In this document: one piece after another, positions 39,488 to 52,278 of the stretch
Layout: every line of letters starts with the position of its first letter
Numbering within the stretch: position 1 is the first letter of the stretch
Notes under the pieces: generated by a model
Seen by the model: the letters and a program-made list of their open reading frames with translations, nothing else
What the model was told of the DNA's origin: nothing
Databases searched by the model: none
Made by a program: the position numbers and the translations under genes
Assembly: GCF_902459465.1 (NCBI RefSeq)
Contig: NC_047071.1
Span: 2,108,001-2,172,000 of the forward strand
Direction of reading: 5' to 3'
Length of the DNA: 64,000 bases
DNA from: Asterias rubens
Taxonomy: Eukaryota

Positions 39488-39653
39488 GAGGCGGAGTTTT
39501 ACCAACAGGTGGAGGAGACGGTGGGAGTAGTGGGGAGGAGAATGGGCAGCCAACATCTGGAGACCAGACGACCATTCCAGTCGCAGCGTCAGCCGCCAGC
39601 CTCATCCTGGTCTTAGTCGCACTTGTCTTGTGGTACTTCTTAGTGAGAGGGCA
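39488..39653 (+). CDS. Orphan membrane protein, exon 2 (Gly-rich stalk and TM helix IPVAASAASLILVLVALVLWYFLV)
   Basis: cccctag acceptor and ca|gtaagt donor; phase 1 in, phase 2 out; ~24 hydrophobic residues followed by basic residues. Confidence 0.85.
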
Positions 39654-40103
39654 GTAAGTGTGAATTCATGACTTATCTTTGGAGATCTGTTTCTCACTAT
39701 CGCAATCTCATCTTTTTGCCATCAAGTGGTTACCTTCAGAGGGAGTGATGGCAATGCTTTAAAAATTTCACTTCATAGACGCAGGCATGCAACACTCCTT
39801 AGCTGATCAGCTGAGTTCCTCTTTTTCTTTTCAAAACAGTGCCATAGAAATCTTAAAAACACTGCACAAAAGTTAAGTGTGATCGGCCCTTTTTTTTTTT
39901 TTTTTGCAATTAGAAAACTTGAGGTCTGCAATAGACCATTGCCGATTATAAGAGAACATTATAGTGGTTTGAGAATGGTTGCTGCAGAAAGTTAGCTCAT
40001 CATTTGTTAATTAATTGAGGTAATTTTATTTTAATTGAGATAATTTTATACTGAAAATCTGTTAAATTGTTTTTTTTTCCCTTGTTTTTTTGTTTTTCTG
40101 TAG

Positions 40104-40857
40104 ACTCCGTAAAAAGTCCTTTGATCATCAGCGCAGTAACAGCCATCAAAGCCACCATAGTCATCAAGGAAGTATGAGAGATTCAAACAGCAGACATGGT
40201 AGCCTTGGTTCATCTCACGGCACACGTTCCCATGGCAACTCGCCCCGTAGCCATCGCAAAAACGGTAATGGGTCTCCCCGGTCGAAACGAAACTCAAGGT
40301 GCACTTGTCAATTTGAGGCCTGCTCGTGTTCAGTGAGGTCCTCGGACTCGCCGCTTCTTAAAAATTCCCCGAAGAGTTCCCGCAACTCTGGATCTGAATG
40401 TACTGGAACATCACCATTCTGCCCCCACTCAAGTAAGTTTAGACTGCATAAGTTAGACATTCATATGCGAGATTCTATGGACTCGGATTTTCATCCCGAT
40501 GAGGAGAACACTGCAGGCCCATCATGTTCATCTCGAAACAGTCAAGCATGCACATGCAATGCAGTCCAAGACAATGATGTCGTTGTAAATATTGATGCAG
40601 TGGTTCTTTCTGATGGATCACAGTCAAATGGGGATATCGGGGAAGCCTGTGCTCCTCAAGTGAACTGTAACAACGCCGCAGATTGCTCCTGCACATGTCG
40701 GCCAGTCGTTAGCCATGCACATTGTACGTGTCGAGTTATCCATAACCCGCTTGATAACAACCGTGTGCGGAATCCAAAACTTGGCCTGAACTACAGTGCA
40801 CCAACTCTTATAGGTAGCAGCAGTGAGAGTGACTTTCCTGGTGCTGAAGCATTGTGA
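40104..40857 (+). CDS. Orphan membrane protein, terminal exon (~250-aa Ser/His/Cys-rich cytoplasmic tail)
   Basis: ttttctgtag acceptor, phase 2. Longest ORF in the window (255 aa in the track) and GC-richer than its flanks; stop TGA at 40855-40857. Joined CDS 969 nt = 322 aa. Confidence 0.85.
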
Positions 40858-41108
40858 GCATTGAAGACTACAACGCCTACCTTATAAAGCTGTCTTTAGG
40901 AAGAAGTTTATTATACATCCTAGGAATTCCAGACAGTGTTTCGCAAAGAAAAAATGGCATAAGGACAGGGTGGATATAATCCAGTAATGATGTATCCGTT
41001 TGAAGATCAACAAAGCCCAGGAAAGGGTTCTATGACATGTTATTTATGGCTGCTTGTTTTGATAACTTCTCATAGGTATTATTGTAAGAAATCGATGAGT
41101 GTAATTTG

Positions 41109-41470
41109 CCATGGCTTCAGCTTGTCAAAACATGTCATGATGACGTCATGTTAACTTTGATGTGCTGTTACTTGTCATGGCTTTATTAAGAATAAGACTT
41201 GTCATGACATTGATTTGGTTGTGGCTTTGATTGTGACATTGAAGTATCAGTGACACTAAAGTACCTTTGGATACCATGGCTTCGGCCTGCTATGTCATGA
41301 AGATGTCATGATGTCGTTAACCTTGGTGTGTCTAGGCCATAAGTTTGTCATCGTGTCACTGATGAATGTCACTTGTCAGGGCTTTATTTAGAATGTGACT
41401 TGTCACGACATTGATTTGGTTTTTGATTGTGACATTGAAATGTCAATGAGATTAAATCGTCTTTGGATGC
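41109..41470. repeat. Degenerate tandem duplication rich in TGTCA/TGACA, in the presumed 3'UTR
   Basis: ccatggcttc... and ggctttatt.agaat..gacttgtca.gacattgatttggtt...ttgattgtgacattgaa each occur twice. Confidence 0.75.
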
Positions 41471-43864
41471 ATTTTATTTTTGCTTTGATTTATCCTGATA
41501 ACCAGGACTTGATTTATAAAATTTTCAAAGACTGGGTTGGACGCTAAGGTCCCCCACCATCTTTCACTCTGTCTTCATCTGGTAATGTAAGCCTGCTGTA
41601 ATCTTTATGATGTTTTTCATTGTTAGTTAGTTTCTTAAACACACCCAGTCTTTCGATGTTAACTGCACTTTAGACATGCTCTCACAGTTTTTTTCTTGTA
41701 AAACTACTCAAGTGTCCCACTTTGTTGAATACAGTACAGTGTGCCATCAGGGTTTTCCCTTCATGAGGCCATACATTACAATTTATGGAAAGATAATGCC
41801 GACCATCCTTTGCAATGTAGTACACAAACTTTACATTCTGGAAGTAAGGAAATGACAAATATTGTTGGATATTTTTATTGTGGGCTCGTGGATACCAATG
41901 ATTTTATATGCAATGCTTATAAATTGCTTCTCAGCCTAATCATTTTCACATTAATGTGATTACTTGTTGATGCCTTGTCTTTAAAACCCTCGTATGGGAA
42001 AACTTGGTGATGTTGTAGAATGTGAATTTTCTGAGCTGGAAAGGCCCTTTTTTCTGATGCCTTTTTGTTTGTGTTGATCAATGCTATGCACTTGGGGCAA
42101 AGTTACCCTTTTTGCAATCTGCACTGCACTGCACAAATTTCTCTTTTTTGTATTCAACTGATAGAAAATAAACTTTGTTATGATGTTTGTATGCCTACTT
42201 ATGTACAGATTTGAATGCATGATGAAATTCTTTCAGAGTATAAACATTTTTGTCTTCTGCAGAGTTTTTGGAGAATTCATCACACGAGCCACTCTTTCAC
42301 ATTTTCAGCCAACGAAAGCTGTGGGAGACTTGTGGCGGTCTTAAAAAAAACAATGATTTTAATCTGAATAAATTGAGCTTTCTAAATGTCTGTATGAAGC
42401 TAATGGTAATAAGTGAAGCAATGGTTGAAGCAGTCTATACAAGCCTAACATTTTAATAAAGTCACAGGCTTTTGTAAGTGTTGAAAATGTTTTCTCTTGC
42501 CTGTGACACTATGATTGTATCACAATGGGCATGAGTTCCAAGAATATATACAAAGTTTACCTGCAAAGTTTATTCACATGTTTACGCTGATGATGATTTT
42601 TCTTTGTTTTCCTTCTTTTTTCTTGCCATACAAAACTAAAAAACCGCTGTATTGTGCTCAACTTGTTCCTATCTTATTTTGTATATTTATTTACCAAGTT
42701 CCGTACTAGCTAGAAGAAAAGGGGCAAGTTTTGAGTCACTGATTGACTGCATGAGGAGATGTGTTGAGATTTTCATTTTATATTATCAATAGCTGATTTG
42801 AACATATCAAGTCAAAACAATAATTTACTACTGAAGAAATAAACATCAACTGCCTCTGGCTAAAAGTGATCTATTTTTTACAGACACACTATCCACCTTG
42901 AATCATAAGATCTTTGCCATTTTACTGTGGTCATTGAACAAACTGTGAAATGTTTTGGGTGTTTTTCTTAGAGGGGTAGGCTTATAACATGAAGTATTTC
43001 CTTTAATATTCAAATGAATGTATTAAAATCAACCTATGGACTTCATCACAGTATATTCTCACTCGAGTATAAGGAGTGACATGTTTTGATGTACTTAAAT
43101 TACCTGCCACAAATTTGTATGTTAAAGGTTTGCTTTCTTAAATAGAAAAATGATTTTCAAATTAAGTGGTACTTCCTATTTTCTGAACTAAGTTTTTCTT
43201 ACCAATTAAGCTATTGAGAAGGTGTTCCCCTATAGTGGGGAGAAATGTGCCCTTATTTTGCCACTCTGTTTGCCAGATTATGATTTACCGTATTATGTTT
43301 AATTTTATTTTTCGACTGGGGTATATACATTATGTACTAGTATAATCACAGGCACAATGAGTATTCAATTCATTTGATTATTGGCTGCAGAATTATAAGA
43401 TTTTAAAACCGCCTGCAGAAATGTGGTACCATGTGTCAGGTTTCACATGAAAAAAAAAGACCTCTCAGTATATATAAACTTGTTGAACACCATGTGCAAA
43501 AGAGAATAAAACAAACATGTCTTGCCAAATAATTTAATATTTTGAAACATTATCCCCAGACATTGGATCTATCGAATGCAAATTGTAAAGAACATTGCCT
43601 TTAGGTGGATGTGAAACTCTTTGTGCAAAGGTTATGAACCATAAGTTGTACTTATATCAACGTTTTCTGTTCGGTTCAAAAAATTGCGTGGTTTTATGTT
43701 TGTAGGCGGCGTTTTGTCTTTCGAATCGGGATTTCAATCATTTATAATAACAACGGGGAAGTTCGTTGTTACTTAAGTTATTAAAGTTCAGGGAGGATTA
43801 ATTTCAGGCTTTATCTCGAATCAGATCTTTCTATGTCAGGCTTTGATAGACGTCTATATAGGGC

Positions 43865-44180
43865 TGAGGACACTTTCCCCAAAATATTTAACTCCAGTGA
43901 TTGTCATAGGTGGAAATTGATGTTTCATAAAGTTTGGTGATGGTAAACTTCAGAAATTTATCTTGCATACCTTTTTTGTCTGACATGCTTTGATCTACTT
44001 TTTTAGAACTGAGGACACTTTCCCCAAACTTCACGGAAGTTGATGTTTCATAAAGTTTGGTGATGGTAAACTTCAGAAATTTATCTTGCATACCTTTTTT
44101 GTCTGACATGCTTTGATCTACTTTTCTAGAACTGAGGACACTTTCCCGAAACTTCACCGAAATCTTTAACTCCAGTGATC
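43865..44180. repeat. Near-identical ~120-bp tandem duplication
   Basis: ttgatgtttcataaagtttggtgatggtaaacttcagaaatttatcttgcatacc...ctgaggacactttccc x2. Explains the 40-aa repeat in minus-strand ORF 43888..44157. Confidence 0.9.
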
Positions 44181-45350
44181 AAAAGGGGGAAATGCCATCG
44201 TTTCATATAGGCTTTTTTATACTACCTAAAATGTTGATGGCCTTTTAGACCTTTTTGTCGGAGGTTATAACTTTATATTTATAAACTGCCTTTAACTACT
44301 TGAAACTAATTGTATGAGTTGAGAATAACGATCAAAGGTTTGTCAACCAAAGCTCTTTTGAATAGTTCTTGCCATTGAAAATATAGGATTGTATACGAGC
44401 TTTGTCGTTGTTTTTACGGTACTGTGTTATTTAACAACTCAGTTGAATTACAGTTTAAACTGAAATGGAAAATATATTGTAAATAATTGCAAGTAACATT
44501 TGCCACGCCATCTTTCTTATGGCACTAAAGTCATAATTTTCGCGATTGTGTGGTGTTTTTTTTATTATCTTAGGGTCCCGACGATCCTATTTTAAATCTC
44601 ACATTAATTATGACCTTATCTCATTGAATTTAGCAAATTTATGAATAGTTTAAAACAAACATTGACTAATGGTCTGAGTGCCGAAATATTTAAAATTTGT
44701 GTGCTTTATGTGGTACACTGCCCAACGGTTATGTTGTAAAAGAAAAACTGCTTTTGTTAATTATTTTTCACATTATTACAAGTTGTTATGAATTATGATT
44801 ACCACAAGTGCTGCACAACATTTGCACCTCATGATGTTTTGTATGTTACTGTGTAAATTGGCCACTATTTAGGATAGATTTCTTAAAATAATAATGAGGA
44901 TTTGTAGGTTCGCATAAACCAACAAATGGTTTTATTTAGAGCCTCTTTATAAAATGGTCAACCAAAGAGAGTTCGGTTGGTGTTGTTTTTATTTATTTAT
45001 CCCAAATTATGCGGGCCTTTGTCTTTCACTTCTGCATGCATTTTTTTGTTGTAATTTTGTCTTGCTACGTTTGAAGACGGGTATTATTATATTCTGCATC
45101 TCACATCACAGTAAGAACTCCCGGATCACTTCTGAGTCAAGCTGGCCTGGAAACTGGATAACAAATAGGATTTAAACTCAGATTATGTGTCAGTTTGATA
45201 AATTTCTCTGTCATTTGACATAGATTCTGGTTCATGCTGACCCAGAAGTCTGGGTCAAACCTGACCCGGGATGTTTAGACTGTGATGGCGAAGTTATAAA
45301 ACACCCTGCCTTTGGAGGCTTCAACTGCGAAGCGAACAACCTCGAGTTAA

Positions 45351-45719
45351 AGATGCTATGTCAGATTTTTGGCCGATTTGACCCACAAATTTTGATTTAA
45401 AATTCAAAAGGTATTTTGATGTGGGTCGAGAAAGTTACAAGCTTTCATTTGAGCCATTGCTCGAAAAAGTCCGCCAATTATTAGTAGCAGTGAAATAAAG
45501 TGCTCAAAATTAGTTTTTGTCGGGATCCCGACAATATTATCACGTTACCAATTCTTATGTGTTTTATAAGAAACATTTAAACATTTTGTCAAGGTTCCTG
45601 GCCATTACAAGTAAAAGTTAAACTTTCTTTCGTTAGAGCGGGTGATACTCTGTGAAATACCATTCACTCAAAAAAATCTATTTTGTAATGTTTGGGGCCA
45701 AAAATCTGACATTGCATCT
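45351..45719. mobile_element. Kolobok-like MITE family H, full length
   Basis: TTAA|AGATGCTATGTCAGATTTTTGGCC ... GGCCAAAAATCTGACATTGCATCT|TTAA; 24-bp TIR with 1 mismatch. Confidence 0.9.
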
Positions 45720-46166
45720 TTAAGTTCGCACATTTTTTGAAACTACTGCAGTGGAATGAAATTTAATCATGTACCGGTGTTTTATAATTATGTCGACCGA
45801 TGCAAATGCAATAACAAAAGTTAAACATCATCCAATGCATCTATTGCATTATTTGAATTGTATATAGGCATATACTTGTAGAATTTTATTTGTATCAACA
45901 TTCGTGAGAAAGATACATCGAATAAAGACAACTATTATGAGCCTCTCTGACATCTGTTATTGCATAGTTTCTAGTCATTTTTATCACATAAATTGTATTC
46001 TTTGTTATGTTACCGCCGGGGTGTTAATTTTTTAGCAAAGAACTATAATGCTTTATAGTGCCTATACTCTTAAATTCTGCAAAGTCTAAGGAAAATGATG
46101 AGCCGAATCAAATTTAACTTGGGTTTCAAACTTCGTCCCGGGCATCGGCAAAGGTGATTTCATTAA

Positions 46167-46235
46167 AGGCAGTGGACACTATTGGTAATTGTCAAAGACT
46201 AGCCTTCACCGTTGGTATATCTCAGCATATGCATT
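46167..46235. mobile_element. Kolobok-like MITE family A, solo end
   Basis: TTAA|AGGCAGTGGACACTATTGGTAATTGTCAAAGAC, then truncated. Confidence 0.75.
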
Positions 46236-47197
46236 TAGGTATTTACTTGTGAAAAGTGGTGACACTGTCTGAAAATGCTTTGTCAGCTCTTAAATTACAC
46301 ACGGAATTTGTCACATTAAACTTAAAAGCTACTCGTTTTTGCGTCAGTCAAAATAAGATTGATTGAAGTCAAGTTTTGTCCCGAGTATTTTATGTAAAGG
46401 CTACATCATCATTACATGGCACAAGAATAATGACTCTGCAGAACGGGTTTGAAGACAATAGCCAAAAGGATGGGTGTGGCCTTTGCATACCTATACACAA
46501 AGCCCAAATCAAAAGGGTGGTTCTTAACGGATAAGATGCGATTGTGAAGAGACAAGACAAACTTAAGAGCAATGTCCATCCTTGAAAACTTTCTCGGACA
46601 AGAAAGAAAAGTAAATCAACTGAAACACACACAGGAAGCGAACATCGTGGCGTCGACAAAAAATAGTAAAAAGGTCATCAGCCTGTTATCAGTCGAGTTT
46701 TCTGAAAAGAAAAACGACTAATATCAGGATTAGACGAAATGCTTTATACTGGTTGTGTGGTTTTCCGCCAACATGCGTGAAATAAGCAATTATAATTTAC
46801 TAATGAGCATGTTAATAATAGAAGCCCAGACGGCTTTATGACATGTAAATTGAATTCAATTAGTTGATGGCATTTCTCAATGTAATCAACCGATATGATA
46901 AGGGTGCATAATCATCTGCGACCAACTCATGACGTACCTTCGCATGCGTCTATCAACAGAACTATGGAAAACAAATAACAGTTGTTCTCAACTTTGACGC
47001 ACCAAATCAAGGCGGTTTTCAAAAGAATATGTGTTTATCTTAAATCACAACTTGCACATCGGAGGACTCGCAAATACCGTTTCAGACGGGGCTGCAAGGG
47101 TCAAATTTCGTAATATAAATTTCTAAGATGATCCTTCACGAAAAGGGAACTAAACTAAAACTTTTCTAATCTCACATTAAAATAGTAAGTGTAAATT

Positions 47198-47260
47198 GAA
47201 AGATCACAGATTGACATAAAACTTGTTTGCTAGCAAAACCAATTATGTAATGTTCCTTTA
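47198..47260. mobile_element. Kolobok-like MITE family G, short deleted remnant
   Basis: aagatcacagattgacataaaact joined to gttt..tagcaaaaccaattatgtaatgttcct|TTAA. Confidence 0.6.
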
Positions 47261-47704
47261 AAGCAAAATTGAAACATGAAGTCAAAGGATGTCGGAAAAA
47301 AAAAGTGTTTTACTTTGAACATCCCAAAGAGGAATCTTGCGTATTTTAGTTGAATGTATTAAAATGCAGGAGAATGAATTGCATATTATCTAGATGCCTT
47401 TGATGTTCCTGCACAAAATAATGTACAATATTTTTAAATGTTACATTGGAGGTCATTGTGAGATATGTTTTAGGGTGGTTTCGGCCAAAAATCGCACTAG
47501 AAGAGTAAAATACTTAATTTTACGATCACTTTATTGTAATCTAGAGACTTCCACTTGTACTTCAGGACCTTAGCTATAAATTGGAAAATGAGTGAATCGC
47601 AAAACTGTTTCTCTTGTAATGGGCAACGCACGACAGCGAGTCGAACGGAAAGCCCTAATAAATTATTTAACATCGCATCCAGGTATTGCCGGGGTGGCGC
47701 TCTT

Positions 47705-47984
47705 CACTGATAACGGACAACTTCCCGATTTTTGTCAAAATGATTTTTTTTTTAAATAGGGGCTTTTTTCCACATGAAAATTCTGTTCTGTGCAACTTAA
47801 AACGAAATCATATAGGCCTATAAACTTGTTGAACTTGACAACAGCCATTTAAAATTTATTTCTTAAATTGTCAGATCAGCAAAAAAAACTTGGACCTAGC
47901 TTGTGTACGCAGGCTGTGTTGTGTAAAAAAAGTAATATGTTTGTTATTAACATACAAAACTAATCCCGTTGTCCGTAAACAGTG
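47705..47984. mobile_element. Possible CACTA/EnSpm-like MITE
   Basis: CACTGATAACGGACAAC ... GTTGTCCGTAAACAGTG imperfect TIRs; TSD not clean (tt / ta). Confidence 0.4.
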
Positions 47985-48504
47985 TATGTGGGAGCTCTAA
48001 GGCAAAGGGCGATTTATCAAAATTCTTACATGCAGACTCATTTTTTATTCTGGCAGAAAAACATATAAAGTAAGAGCTGGACCCCCAGTGGCCTTCAGCC
48101 TGTTTCCAGCAATCCATCTGATGACATTGAGTACAAATTTCCAAAACCCGATCACGTGGAAATTAAATGACGATTGCACTTTTGACTTTTAGGATAATAC
48201 AATATCAGCAGTGGGTCATTAGGCCTACATGACAGATGATTTTACGAATAATATAAGGCTATCGACATGTACATTTAACGATCTCGGTCAAAAGATTTAA
48301 ATCCTGAAAAATAACCCCATACAGCGGTTGTCTTTAAAAATGTGTCGGGCGGCCATTTTGGGGAAAAAACGTATAAAAAGGCCCGCCTTTCTTTTTTTCA
48401 AATACACACTAATTAGTGATTTTACTGAGACAGCTACAGAGCACGTGCTTTCCCAGAGAATTAAATCATCCATTATTTAAAAATTAGTTTGGAAAATTTT
48501 GTTT

Positions 48505-48600
48505 ATTTGGGAGCGCATGGGCGGGGAGGAGGAGAACGCAATGGAAAATCTCCTTCGCGAAACCCCCACTTTCCAGACCCCGCCCCCGTATTCAATATAG
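48505..48600 (+). promoter_or_regulatory. GC-box-rich proximal promoter of the basigin-like gene
   Basis: gggcggggagg and ccccgccccc in a CpG-rich island ~400 bp upstream of the ATG. Confidence 0.5.
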
Positions 48601-48964
48601 CCAGTTCTCCAACATTCCACAATAGACATACCTTTAATTGAACGAACACTAGGTACCTGACTAGCAAAAAAAAGTCTAGTCCCTGCCCCAGGTAACGCAC
48701 TAGCTATACAAAGAGCGTTAGCCAGACTATTTATTGTCCCTATGTTTTATGTTTGCTCTCCTCGGTCCTCCTGACTGAGCCGGTTGCACCCAGTTTTCTA
48801 AGCTAACGAAGAAGATCATCGACATCGGCGTAGTCTCTATCTATTTTTTGTCAAATATTCCTTGCAAAAGTGCTGCTAAAAGAACCCAAACAATATATAG
48901 TATTTGTGTACGACGATCAGACGTCGCTTGGACTTCTTTTAGGTGAAAGACAAGCGGGGGAAAG

Positions 48965-49043
48965 ATGAGGTTGCTAATTGTTTTCGCGAGTGTGCTCGCG
49001 ATAGAACTGCTGCAAATGTACAGTGTAGATGCCCAAGCTGATC
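48965..49043 (+). CDS. BSG: Basigin/neuroplastin-like, exon 1: signal peptide MRLLIVFASVLAIELLQMYSVDAQAD
   Basis: aaagATG; hydrophobic leader ending VDA-Q; c|gtaagt donor, phase 1. Link to the Ig exons across a 9.7-kb intron is inferred from phase and position. Confidence 0.8.
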
Positions 49044-50624
49044 GTAAGTAAATTATTTATTTTCACAGGGCAGCCATGTACGTGGTCTGAACATGGAGGA
49101 ATCTGAAGCACTGGTTTTACTTTGGACCACTCTCACTAAGCTGTCAAGCCCAATTAGTTGTGTGTGTAACTAATACTGAAATCTGAATTATAATCGGTAA
49201 AGCATTTGGTATAAAACTTCAGAAAAGATCACAACAAATTATTTGTAAACAACAAGACAATATACAAAATAATTATAATTTACAAAACTTATTTAATATT
49301 TCATAATCAATTATCATTTATGATTGAAGGAATTTCAATGTTTTGATTTTAATAGTCTTGCACAATGTCAATGTGTAACTGTAATAACTGTAATTATAAA
49401 TGCTTTTTCACACGGGGGGGGGGGCACAGCAGACTGGTGAATTATTTAGAAAGTTTTACAATTATTGAAAAACCATTTTCAACTTCTTTTTGTTGGGATC
49501 AAACTATAAAATGGTTGCAACGATTAATATTATAAGCCGCCCTCCCTGATTATCCGTTCAGATGGTTTACTTTTACTTTTAGAACACAAAAAGTTTTAAA
49601 CAAGTACACTTTTGGCCTTGAGCTCTGTTTATAATAAAAAATAATAGTAAAAAAAAACAGCTCTTCTATAGCTCATTTCCAAAAAAATGATCAATGCGCT
49701 GCCTTTACATACAGAAACAATAGCAATTATATTAATACACCAAAATAAATAAGTTTTGAGGTTGCATTTGAAAGCAAAAACTGTTGGAGAGGATATTATT
49801 GTATGTGGTAACTTGTTCCTGTCCAGAGAGTTAACCCGAAAACACTGAACGATCCATTGCCTATCCGTCTGCTACTCTTTGAGATGTAAATCCTCCATCG
49901 CGGCTAACTGTTTTTTTTGCGATTTATTAATTGAAAGATTGATGAGGATTTGGGCCAACACTATGGATTGCTTTTAAAGGGTCAGGATTTCCAATCACTT
50001 TGCTTGGGGAGAAGATGACATTGTTAGTGTTTTGGTCTCATTCTAGAAAACTGTCTCTGTTAGGGTTTTAACGGAAACAAACTTAAACAAAAAGTCTGTT
50101 TTATAACTTAACAGTTCGAGAACAACGTAAATATTTACATTTCATGCAAAATTTTTACGAGTCTCTCTGCATTTATACAGTTCTTAAAAGGACTAGTATA
50201 CACCAGGTCAATTTTTTAGCATCTATTTAGATTGTTTACCTTTACCTGGCTAAATGTACAACCACTGATAACATTGTCACTTCGTCCTTGTTTGTACCAT
50301 AATGTGTACAACTGTACGTCTAGCAGCCATATCATTGTGACCATGTATTGGGTATAATTATTGGTGGCTCACTCAATCTTGCCATCTCCGGGAAAGGTCA
50401 GCTGCACGTAGCTGATGCAATCTCAGTCTGAGACTGGAACTTACGGTATTTTTCAGTGGTTAAACAATCCCTACATGTAGGCCCCACCCTTTGCTTTGAT
50501 ATCCTTGATTATTTTCATAATTTTTCAGTGTAACATTATTTTCTAAATGCTCGCCATACATGTACTCCATGAACTACAATGAACTGATTGATTTCAGCAT
50601 GTAAATGGAGTACAACTGGCTACG

Positions 50625-50775
50625 ATTTACGGCTGCTTTAGAAAGCAGAAAATATTGCTTAAAAATTTCCTGCAGTGCAGAAATGAGCAAGATACAGCCA
50701 CAGATAGCACTGTGACATAGTATTTTTGCAAGCATAGTTTTGATGTGCTTAGCTTATTATAAAATTCTGGCCCAG
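50625..50775. mobile_element. Harbinger-like MITE family C variant, degenerate
   Basis: gctgctttagaaagcagaaaatattgct ... ataaaattctggcc|cag; similar to the 25765 copy. Confidence 0.5.
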
Positions 50776-52157
50776 TTTTAAATAAATTGTCTGTGAGACA
50801 TACTATAAACTCATAACATTTCAATGTATACTATACTTGACTATATGTACTAAGAATAATGAACAAAAGTTATAATCTTCTTCTGTTACAATATTGGAAT
50901 TAGCAACTTCTTCAACTTATTCTTCACATGGTAAGTTGACATGGTTGAGGGTGAGATGTTTAAATCTCAACCATGCACTGGAATACGTGGTGTAGAATAG
51001 ACAAAATTATGAGCACTTTTGGTGATGTGGTGTTTTGTGCAATGGGTAATTTTAATAGGCCTGTTCACAAATTCAACAACATTTTAAACAGTTAATAAAT
51101 TGTGCATTATGTATCTTTTTTTTTTTACATGAAATTTTCATGGGAACTGGTTGTAATGTATCAATCAGAATCAGCTGATTGCCTTTTTTGATGTTTTTGA
51201 ATAAATTTTTGTCAAATATGACTTCTTTTCAGAGGGAAATATTTCACAGAAGAATGTCAAACACCATTCAACCTACTTTCAGACTAACATTTGTAGATGA
51301 GGATGAACAATCATATTTCTAAATTTTTATTGATAATTAAGCACCCTTTATTTCGGGAGGGAAGGAGGGAAGAGAAGTTTTGTTATTATTTCCCCATACG
51401 GACATTTAACTGTTTTTATTAGTGCTGATACAGAGAGCATTTCAATGGGTATGTGGAGCCACAGCTAGTACTGTGACATGTATTTTTATTGTTATTAATA
51501 TTTATGATAATCACCTTTTAGTAAAGGAGCTTAACAAAATCCTGATTGCGAAATATCCCTCCACTGGTTATTTCCAATGATCTTTTAATTTTAATTAAAA
51601 AAAATAATTGTATTGTTGGAGGGTGGAGTTGTAAAAGAAATTCAGTTTTATATGTTGTAGTGTTTAAATGCAGGTACGTGGCCAAGATTTCCAATTAAGT
51701 CATTCACAGTGCAACCCCACCTCCCCCTTTTTTTTTGCCATACAATTTACCAAAAATTGTTTTGTTTTTACATAAACTATTAGGTACTTAGAAAGATGCA
51801 GTCAGCTTTGTACATTAAAAGGTTTTTGTCAATTCCCCAGTCCCAAATTTACAACAACAATTGTACATGTATATCATCTGAGCTCAGGTTTTTAGTCTCT
51901 GCTCTCTATAATACAGTGTAGGATATGGTTGGGTAACCCTAAAAGGACTTGCCGTTCTACATTGTTCCTTTTAGGGCAGTAGGTCTTGAAAGCCATCACA
52001 ATATAGTCCAGCTTTCACAGTTAATTTATTTAACCCTCGCCACACCTGTTAGTACTTTGGGTTCTGTCTACATGTACCATGGTGGAGTATCAGTAGGCCC
52101 TATCAAAACACCAAACTTTAATGGAGTGAATGGTATCTGGGATTGAAACACCTACCT

Positions 52158-52278
52158 GGGGTCGATTTCACAACTAGTCCTAGCTAGTCTTAGGAGATAT
52201 TAAAAACTTTAGGCTACTCCTAAGTCAGTTCTCGAGATAAGACTAACTGTTTTAAAACTCTTTGTAAAATTCACTTCC
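52158..52278. mobile_element. Harbinger-like MITE family B
   Basis: ctg|gggtcgatttcacaactagtcc ... gagataagactaactg..aactctttgtaaaattcac..|cag. Confidence 0.65.

Noticed and set aside
43888-44157. Minus-strand ORF with a 40-aa internal repeat
   Set aside because: By-product of a 120-bp DNA tandem duplication; no start or splice context.
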